DNA of 20,000 nucleotides, taken from contig JABGUJ010000004.1 of the NCBI GenBank assembly GCA_018646625.1, positions 109,966 to 129,965 on the forward strand. The letters are read 5' to 3'. The position numbers and the translations under genes were made by a program. Every line of letters begins with the position of its first letter. Positions within the stretch are counted from its first letter, which is position 1. The stretch comes from Candidatus Woesearchaeota archaeon (GTDB lineage Archaea > Nanobdellota > Nanobdellia > Woesearchaeales > JABGUJ01). Below, piece after piece: positions 8,223 through 15,090 of this stretch. The notes beneath the pieces were generated by a model. That model ran no database searches and was not told where the DNA came from. It worked only from the letters and a program-made list of their open reading frames with translations.

Positions 8223-9265
8223 AACTCATAACCTAGCATTAACATTGCACGCCACATATCTTTCTTAAGAACTTTACTTAAATCTCGAGTTTCAACTTTT
8301 CCACCTGGATCGGCATCTGTTGCTAAAACGCCTTCATCAAAACCATGTCTTTCATGAACATTAACCCACACTCTATTTACTCTGTATGCGCCGTCTAAAA
8401 TTATGTGGAAATCATAGATTCTAAAATCTAATTGTAGTCTTGCATCGAACGCAACACCCCATCCTTCGGTATTAACATCAATACTTTCGTTAGAATATAT
8501 CTCAAATGCCCTTAACGGAGGAAACATTGCTAAAGTATCTTCATTTAACATCTGCATATCGATGCTCGTATGACTGTTGTGATAGGATGGTCCAACACCT
8601 GCACCAATTCCTGGCGCCCAATCAAAACAACCTGCTTTCAATTCAGGAACATAGTACATTGCTCCTAAAGTTAAATTTCCAGAAAATATTAATTCTTGAG
8701 TCCAATCAAAAGCCACATCACCTATTGGTAAAAAGCTCCCTTCTAGAATCTCAATGTTTGAATCGTGAACGCGACTATCAATAGTTTTCTTTCCGAATGA
8801 AGATGCAAAATCAAATTCACCAAATAACTTTAACTTACCATACTGCTCTGGTATCAATCCTAAATCTAACATCACACCCAGATTGATCATTGGAACTATT
8901 GTATCGAATGTTAACTGATCTGCAACACCGGGCATAGATTTGTAATAGTCAATTGCTTCCTGCGTGTATCTTTCCATATCGCCGCCATAGCTTGGATGTA
9001 GAACACCACCAACGCCTGCACCTATGTAGGGCATAACTCGGATTCTTTTTTTCTTTGGTAACCATAGTGTTGGAGCAGCATTTCCTTCATCATCTGCTGG
9101 AGCTACTCTATCTTCTAAGGGTTCACTAGCAGCTACTGGTAGAACAAGCTCGTGGCCTGCTGGTTGTATTATTAATCCATCTCCATCATCTGCTTTAGCT
9201 GGAGATGCCGCAAGCAACAAAGCCAAGGCAGCGGCCGATAGAATTCCTGTAAATGCTCCTCTCAT
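8219..9265 (-). CDS. Secreted hypothetical protein resembling an 8-stranded outer-membrane beta-barrel (OmpA/OmpW-like)
   Basis: Sec-type signal peptide with AxA site (PAKA|DD), eight amphipathic strands (e.g. PYIGAGVGG, WAPGIGAGVG, FHIILDGAYR) and C-terminal LMLGYEF. The CDS is secure; the fold is inferred. Confidence 0.65.
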   Translation of the reverse strand: MRGAFTGILSAAALALLLAASPAKADDGDGLIIQPAGHELVLPVAASEPLEDRVAPADDEGNAAPTLWLPKKKRIRVMPYIGAGVGGVLHPSYGGDMERYTQEAIDYYKSMPGVADQLTFDTIVPMINLGVMLDLGLIPEQYGKLKLFGEFDFASSFGKKTIDSRVHDSNIEILEGSFLPIGDVAFDWTQELIFSGNLTLGAMYYVPELKAGCFDWAPGIGAGVGPSYHNSHTSIDMQMLNEDTLAMFPPLRAFEIYSNESIDVNTEGWGVAFDARLQLDFRIYDFHIILDGAYRVNRVWVNVHERHGFDEGVLATDADPGGKVETRDLSKVLKKDMWRAMLMLGYEF

Positions 9266-9322
9266 TGTAACCCAAATATCTATTGCATATAAAAAAGATT
9301 CGCTAATTCAACAAGAACGTTA

Positions 9323-10252
9323 TTAACCGTCTTGGGACGAATTAGAAATACGCAAAAACTCTTCTTCAAACTTAGTTGCAATTACAGAGTCATGTATTAT
9401 TAACACATTTTCATCATTATTCACATCCCCATTTATACTTGGGTTAAAACTTCCTGTCACAATAATTTCACTATCGACAATAAACACTTTATGATGCATA
9501 TTTGCTCCATTATTATCCCACTTAACATCTAAACTTTTATTCATTATATCAAATTGACTGTATTTGCTATTCTGACTTTTCTCCATCACACCTTTTACTT
9601 CAATTTTTCCTGATTTCTCAATCAAAACTTCAGCAACCTTTCGATGCGTAAACGAAAAGACCATAAAATGTATTGACTTTTCTGCAGAATCAAGAACATC
9701 TATTATTTTATTGGCACACCAATCTTCTGGGCAGAAATAATTCTCATACAATTTACCATTGAGAGTCATCTTTGATCTTTTTGTCTTAAGACCTCCTCCA
9801 TACACTCCTACTTGTAGTTCATAAAACTCTTTCAAATAGTTCTCTGCTAACAAGCGAGACCTAACGAGCACAACATTGTTGTTATTAACAGAATCTCCGC
9901 GATGGGTGGGATTAAAACTACCTGTCCAAACCATAGAAGAATCAAATACGCAAAACTTATTGTGCATATATTGAAACTTAGTGTCTTTGATTGTAAAGTT
10001 TAAGCGTTGATCATAATTTATGTTATCAACGACGACCGAAGCATTCTTTATTTTCAATATTGAAATTATTCCCTCTCTATCAACATCGAACAAAGCACAC
10101 TTTACTTCTTCACTTTGATTAATCAAATAAATTAAGTTCTTGCCGCAATCATCTCTAGGGCAAAACAACACAATGGTGTGCGTATCTTCTTCACTAATAT
10201 TTTCTGCACAACCAAACAACACAAGAACCATCAACAAAAAGAATATCCTCAT
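9323..10252 (-). CDS. Phospholipase D superfamily lipoprotein with two HKD motifs (Nuc-like nuclease or phospholipase)
   Basis: MHNKFCVFD..VWTGSFN and MHHKVFIVD..IVTGSFN. N-terminal lipobox-like LVLFGC. Confidence 0.9.
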   Translation of the reverse strand: MRIFFLLMVLVLFGCAENISEEDTHTIVLFCPRDDCGKNLIYLINQSEEVKCALFDVDREGIISILKIKNASVVVDNINYDQRLNFTIKDTKFQYMHNKFCVFDSSMVWTGSFNPTHRGDSVNNNNVVLVRSRLLAENYLKEFYELQVGVYGGGLKTKRSKMTLNGKLYENYFCPEDWCANKIIDVLDSAEKSIHFMVFSFTHRKVAEVLIEKSGKIEVKGVMEKSQNSKYSQFDIMNKSLDVKWDNNGANMHHKVFIVDSEIIVTGSFNPSINGDVNNDENVLIIHDSVIATKFEEEFLRISNSSQDG

Positions 10253-10376
10253 ACTAAAACCATTCCAGAACCAATTATAACTTCATTCCAATAGATCTCG
10301 AAACTCTTCCATTATTCTCGTAATATTTTCAAAACCCTCAGAAATCTTTAAATAGCCTCGTTCGCCTATTAACACA

Positions 10377-11447
10377 ATGTACGGCAAACTATCATTTATT
10401 GCGATTGTTATCATGCTCTTCTGTATAGGTTGTGGATCTACTGCAAACATTAATGAAACGACTAATGAAACAAACACTTCATCGCTTGAAACTACTGAAT
10501 TAGAAACTCAACCAATCATTGCTGGACAATACAACGACAACGGGATAGAATTCACATACCCTGAAGATTGGGAGGTCAACTTATCCGTATCAAGCAGAAT
10601 ACTCTTCTTCGCTCACGATCCAACAACTGAAGACAAGTTTGACGAAGCTCTCATTGTATCTAGATATTCTAACAAGAAAGATCATACAGTCTGGTCAATT
10701 CAGAACAAAGTAGAAGAAGACCTTGAATTTATGAACGGTTTTCAGAAGAGAGAATTTGCAACTCTAGATCACTACGCGATACGCTTCAGCTATAAAGATG
10801 AACTTGCAGACAAATATCGTTTATCAAAGAGACTATACATAATCTCTGAAGATTATTACTATACTGTTGAATTTCTAACAGATTCAGACAGTTATGATGA
10901 TTATCTTCATGGCTTCAAGAACATAGCAAAAACCATCAAGATAGAAAATACTACATTAAACATCACGGAACTTTTCGATGGCCCCGATCTTCATGAATAC
11001 CAAATTCCTGAAAAGCCAGTAAAAGAGATTGAATACGAGGAGAGTGACGATCCAACACAACCTCCTAAACCTAAATACACCAATAAAGATTTCATACAAA
11101 AAGATGAAAATATTCTTTACGACTTCAACGGTAGAATAACTGACAAAGACCAAGAAGATCTGCACTCTTTTACAGTAAAAGAACCCGGTTATGTTCTAAC
11201 CGAAACCGCATACTGGGGGAAAGGAACTGGAAGACTTACAACTGAAATATATCAATTCTTAAGTGATCCACCTGTTGACTGGGATTACGCAGAAGATGAT
11301 GATTCCTTCTCAGAAAACATAAAATACGATCCGGGAAAATATATTGTAAAAGTGCGACCATATACTGACGCAGATTTAGGCGTATATACATTCAAAGCAA
11401 AATGGTGTGAAGATAAATGCCAACTTACTGGTCAATCAACTTCTTAA
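10377..11447 (+). CDS. Surface lipoprotein with PsbP/DcrB-like domain and C-terminal PPC-like beta-sandwich
   Basis: Hydrophobic leader with CIGCGS, Thr/Glu-rich linker with N-x-T sequons, GIEFTYPEDW (PsbP-like), and DLHSFTV...PGKYIVKV...GVYTF (PPC-like). TATA TTTAAATA at 10347-10354. Confidence 0.6.
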   Translation: MYGKLSFIAIVIMLFCIGCGSTANINETTNETNTSSLETTELETQPIIAGQYNDNGIEFTYPEDWEVNLSVSSRILFFAHDPTTEDKFDEALIVSRYSNKKDHTVWSIQNKVEEDLEFMNGFQKREFATLDHYAIRFSYKDELADKYRLSKRLYIISEDYYYTVEFLTDSDSYDDYLHGFKNIAKTIKIENTTLNITELFDGPDLHEYQIPEKPVKEIEYEESDDPTQPPKPKYTNKDFIQKDENILYDFNGRITDKDQEDLHSFTVKEPGYVLTETAYWGKGTGRLTTEIYQFLSDPPVDWDYAEDDDSFSENIKYDPGKYIVKVRPYTDADLGVYTFKAKWCEDKCQLTGQSTS

Positions 11448-11880
11448 TTGCATCATAACTCTTCAACAAGCTATATCTCGTCTGAGGATATTTCTCTGAC
11501 AACTTCGCAACTAAATCTTTTATTTCGTCCTTTTTAATTTTCAAAGAAATCTTGTTTGCTTTAGCATACTGCAACAATTCTTCATCACTAACAAACTTAA
11601 ACAACTTAATAATTTTAGAATTTTCTTTCTTCAACTTTTTATTATTCAGTACACAACGCAGTAATTCTTTATCTTCATCATCTAATGTCCATAAAACTAC
11701 TTTTTTATCGTGCTTTCCGCTCTTCACAACCTTGTGCGGTAATCCTTTTACTGCTTTCTTTAAACAAAACTCTACAATTTTATCTTCTACCAGAACTAGC
11801 TCATCTTTCTTAATCGGATTTAGCTTTATTGCTTTCCTTAACTTCCTTTCAAAGCTTTCTGCTGATCGTTTTTCCACCAT
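11425..11880 (-). CDS. Degenerate TtcA/TtuA/Ncs6 (tRNA thiolase)-like protein lacking the PP-loop and Cys motifs
   Basis: FERKLRKAIK, WTLDDE (cf. HNLDDE), IIKLF...EELLQYAK (cf. IKPL...E+..YA) and LSEKYPQTRYSLLKS (cf. LE..HPG.K.SI) are collinear with the family. No SGGKDS and no CxxC. Confidence 0.55.
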   Translation of the reverse strand: MVEKRSAESFERKLRKAIKLNPIKKDELVLVEDKIVEFCLKKAVKGLPHKVVKSGKHDKKVVLWTLDDEDKELLRCVLNNKKLKKENSKIIKLFKFVSDEELLQYAKANKISLKIKKDEIKDLVAKLSEKYPQTRYSLLKSYDAIKKLIDQ

Positions 11881-11960
11881 ATATTGCCCTTTTATAATGC
11901 TCTTTATATCATTTTTGTAAGTTTTATAAATGTCGTCACTACTCCAGAGTGCTCCCGAAT

Positions 11961-11976
11961 CCGAAATATTTAAATA
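11961..11976 (+). promoter_or_regulatory. Strong BRE-TATA promoter with no ORF downstream
   Basis: CCGAAATA followed by TTTAAATA (11969-11976), which predicts a TSS near 11999. Confidence 0.7.
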
Positions 11977-11998
11977 TGAAGAGAACCACTGATAAGTA

Positions 11999-12082
11999 AG
12001 AACGGGGGAAAGGTTCTACTTTTTATCACAATCACCTCTTTTTCCCAACAAAGTGCTCTTCGGAGTGCTTTGCTTGGGTTTT
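11999..12082 (+). ncRNA. Candidate small structured non-coding RNA, family not recognised
   Basis: 5' stem AGAAC/GUUCU starting at the predicted TSS. 3' 15-bp hairpin (12044-12078) closed by cUUCGg, with tandem U-G/G-U pairs that only work on the plus strand, followed by UUUU. Confidence 0.6.
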
Positions 12083-12164
12083 ACATCATCTAACATCTAC
12101 AAAATCAAAACAAGTTTCATAGAAACATTTTTAAATAAATCAAAAAATCTTGAAAATAGGGAAA

Positions 12165-12590
12165 ATGGGAGGAACTGACTTACCACTACAAGCTAGAATT
12201 CTTTTGCTTAATATAGATCCTGCGGTAGGACGAGTTATGCAAAGAGCTACGAAGAAGGTACTTGATCGAACATATGAGTTTCCAACTCAAACAGGAAGAT
12301 CTGTAGAATCACTTGATGGTCAGCTAGAAGGTGTTGATTTAGTTATAATGAGTATAGGCAATGTTCCCGCTTTACAAGACAAAAGCTATGCTCAACTAGA
12401 TGATCTTGTTGAGCAAGGAACTAAAACCATAGTTATGTCTGGTGGCGGAAATAGTGCTACTGCTTATGGTAGGGGCGCCAACGGATATATTGCTTTGCCT
12501 GCAAATTCAGAACTAATGGCACAAACACTTCAAGATGTTCTTACTGTAGGTAAAGACGCAGGAAGAATACGTTATGACCAAGCACATTAG
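12165..12590 (+). CDS. Stand-alone CheY-like pseudo-receiver domain protein
   Basis: RILLLNID (beta1), DLVIMS (beta3, phospho-Asp replaced by S), IVMSG (beta4), GANGYIALP (KP replaced by LP). Own TATA at 12128-12137 favours ATG 12165 over TTG 12150. Confidence 0.65.
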   Translation: MGGTDLPLQARILLLNIDPAVGRVMQRATKKVLDRTYEFPTQTGRSVESLDGQLEGVDLVIMSIGNVPALQDKSYAQLDDLVEQGTKTIVMSGGGNSATAYGRGANGYIALPANSELMAQTLQDVLTVGKDAGRIRYDQAH

Positions 12591-12635
12591 AATCTAATTC
12601 TATTCTTTAATTTAACTTTAAGAGGTGAGGGAAAC

Positions 12636-13073
12636 ATGAGTAGTGACGGAAATTTAGGTGACGTTGTAAACGTCACATTGGTAAACGCAGAGGTTCTTGC
12701 AGCGCAACAAGTGCACAAAGCATTAACTGCAGACGGCAACAACGGAAGATACCGGTTTACATTTGGCAACACCCAACTTACAACGCCAGAAACTTTACTG
12801 GCTAGAGCAGATATTCTAATAGTTCAAGGAGACTACACGAACGGGCAAACACCTGCGCTTATTGGTGCTGCAAGAGAAACACCTGTAATTGTTATGTCAT
12901 ATGAAGGTAGAGATGCAAGAACTGTTGCATACGATCAAGGCGCAAAAGGATATATTGACCTGATAAGAAGACAAGATCCTTTAGATGTTGTAGAGGATGT
13001 TTTAGCTTCTGGAGAAGATACTGAACATTTTTTCTACAAAATGAGAAAATCTCGGCAAGAGCGACCAAGTTAA
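12636..13073 (+). CDS. Second pseudo-receiver domain protein, probable paralog of the upstream gene
   Basis: ADILIVQG, PVIVMS, AYDQGAKGYIDL and EDVLASGED align with AYGRGANGYIAL and QDVLTVGKD of the upstream protein. SD GAGGTGA at 12622-12628. Confidence 0.6.
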   Translation: MSSDGNLGDVVNVTLVNAEVLAAQQVHKALTADGNNGRYRFTFGNTQLTTPETLLARADILIVQGDYTNGQTPALIGAARETPVIVMSYEGRDARTVAYDQGAKGYIDLIRRQDPLDVVEDVLASGEDTEHFFYKMRKSRQERPS

Positions 13074-14929
13074 TCGTTTCTTAACTTTAATTTTGTTCTT
13101 TTGAATCTGCTCTTATAGAGTAGAACTTTCTTTCCAATTTTCGTCAGAATTAGAACAATAAGAACTAAGCAAACTAACCCAATCAAACCATAAAGAATAT
13201 TGTACACTATTTGATAGTCGAACGGTTCTGCCTCACTAACTAGAACAGCCCCTCCGACATTAATGACTTCTTTACTAAAATAAATATCTAGATTACTCAA
13301 CTCTAGTGCATATTCTAGATAAAGTAACGCGGAGAATTGATCTCCTCTTTGTTGTAATGTTTGTGCATATTCATAATAACTATATGCCATTATAGGAAAA
13401 GTTCCATCCTCTATTTGATCAATTAAACTTCTTCTCGCAGCCTCAATTTTACGAGTAACGGACTTATCAACTTTCTCCATTGCAAGATTCATTGTACTCA
13501 AAATTAAATTACTTTTAGCTTTAGTTTTACTCGCTCTAAACAAACATCGGGCATTATTTCCATCTTCATAATCCTTGTAGATTGAGTTGATATCTTCTCT
13601 AAGATTCTTCAACAGATTTGGAAAAAACAAATTAACATAGTTGTATCTCTCCTCTGCTTCGTAAATTTTACTCAAACAACTTGCTTTCAGCCTGCCTTTT
13701 TCAAAATCAAACTTTTGACCTTGGTGATTATAGAATTCTGACCAAGCATATGCGCTATACAATCTCTCAGTAGAAAATGCCAACACATAATATGTTTTAT
13801 TCAACTGATCTGCCTCAATTGCTTCTCGTAAAGTTTCTAAATTCTCATCTACTTCTAATAATCTATCCATTACAATATTATACGCTTGCAAGTCTGCAAT
13901 AGTTTCAATTGGGTTTTCATTCAAGAAATCAAACAACTTCTTTTGATCTTCACGGATAGAAGATGCTTGAGAATTAACTTCACTAAAATTAAATTCATAA
14001 ACTGATAAATATAATGTATTCAAATTAACATTTGCACCAAAACACAAACTTGCAGATGAATAATGATCTCCTTGTTCTTTCTCCAACTTTGCTTGATTAG
14101 TAGAATTAACTGCAGCATCCATCAAAACCTGAAAACCATCGTTCAACTCAAACCCTTCTATCTTCTCAAACAATATATTACTTCTCTCGCACAGATCAGA
14201 AGAAAGTTTCTGCATTATTCTGTCATAATTCTCATTAACTTCCAATACTTTATCTCCTCTTTCTTTCGAAACGCCTGTAAAATGAAACAATGCTTCGTCG
14301 ATATCTCCTATTTCTACTACTTCAATACCTAACTCTTCCCCTACAATAGACAAATCAACTGTGCTGTTATCTTTGTCAACATAAGTCATGGTGCCGACAG
14401 GAATCAAAACCTTTTTGATGCCATTTTTGCTAGCTACTTCCATCTTTTCTTTTATGCCTGAAACAGGACCAATCAAAAACCCTGAATTAATAGTACCAGT
14501 AAGAGCCACAGTCTTATCAATTGGCAAGCCTTCTAACATTGCAACTGTCAACACACCAATAGCTGCACTAGCACTTGGTCCGCCAACTAACGTTGATGAA
14601 CTAGTTATTGCGTATAAAAAATCATGATTATTACAATCTGCATCGGCATACTTACATGCCATCTCTTTTGCAAACCTTGTAGAAATTTGAGTGTCTAATT
14701 TAGTTGAAGGGAATGTGTTAAGAAAAATCTCGCCAACACCTGGACGAATCTCCAGTTCTAACTTAGCCAATTGACCTTTGTATTCACCTTCTGCTGTCTC
14801 GGCTACTGCCAACAACAACATTCCTTCTTTCTTTACGCCACTCAAACTAACGGCATTAGCTAAATAACTAAGAGAAACAACTACTAGAATTACTAATATT
14901 ATACTAAAAAGTGCTTTCTTTGCAACCAT
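13070..14929 (-). CDS. Membrane-anchored archaeal Lon-like serine protease (S16 proteolytic domain, no AAA+ module)
   Basis: VGGPSASAA (catalytic Ser), TGTINSGFLIGPVSGIKEK (catalytic Lys), N-terminal signal/TM, long helical region, C-terminal TM with basic tail. Confidence 0.88.
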   Translation of the reverse strand: MVAKKALFSIILVILVVVSLSYLANAVSLSGVKKEGMLLLAVAETAEGEYKGQLAKLELEIRPGVGEIFLNTFPSTKLDTQISTRFAKEMACKYADADCNNHDFLYAITSSSTLVGGPSASAAIGVLTVAMLEGLPIDKTVALTGTINSGFLIGPVSGIKEKMEVASKNGIKKVLIPVGTMTYVDKDNSTVDLSIVGEELGIEVVEIGDIDEALFHFTGVSKERGDKVLEVNENYDRIMQKLSSDLCERSNILFEKIEGFELNDGFQVLMDAAVNSTNQAKLEKEQGDHYSSASLCFGANVNLNTLYLSVYEFNFSEVNSQASSIREDQKKLFDFLNENPIETIADLQAYNIVMDRLLEVDENLETLREAIEADQLNKTYYVLAFSTERLYSAYAWSEFYNHQGQKFDFEKGRLKASCLSKIYEAEERYNYVNLFFPNLLKNLREDINSIYKDYEDGNNARCLFRASKTKAKSNLILSTMNLAMEKVDKSVTRKIEAARRSLIDQIEDGTFPIMAYSYYEYAQTLQQRGDQFSALLYLEYALELSNLDIYFSKEVINVGGAVLVSEAEPFDYQIVYNILYGLIGLVCLVLIVLILTKIGKKVLLYKSRFKRTKLKLRND

Positions 14930-15090
14930 TAGTCCCCCCTTACGTATTCTCGAGTAGCACTACTATATAAAATTATCTTCAATCTGCCCTTTTTCCGCAA
15001 ATAGAGCCCGTCTAACCCTTATCTTGTCCATAAAAGCCCTTAGAGAGAGTTTGCTAAAGATTTAAATAGAGTTTCTAAATTCCACTTCCT

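Noticed and set aside
11976..11999. C/D-box-like motifs (ATGAAGA...CTGA) or a 7-aa ORF MKRTTDK
   Set aside because: Only 6 nt separate the boxes, with no second guide or terminal D box, and both lie upstream of the predicted TSS, abutting the TATA box.
11970..12029. Minus-strand 19-aa ORF (GTG start, MIKSRTFPPFLLISGSLHI) behind GAGGTGA, as an alternative reading of the anti-SD
   Set aside because: SD-to-start spacing is only 2 nt, no clear minus-strand TATA at suitable distance, and the G-U pairs plus UUCG loop favour a plus-strand RNA. Not fully excluded.
11948..12069. Three AGTGCT hexamers as a CIRCE-like operator
   Set aside because: They are direct rather than inverted with 9-nt spacing, two are explained by the hairpin's G-U symmetric stem, and no chaperone gene follows.
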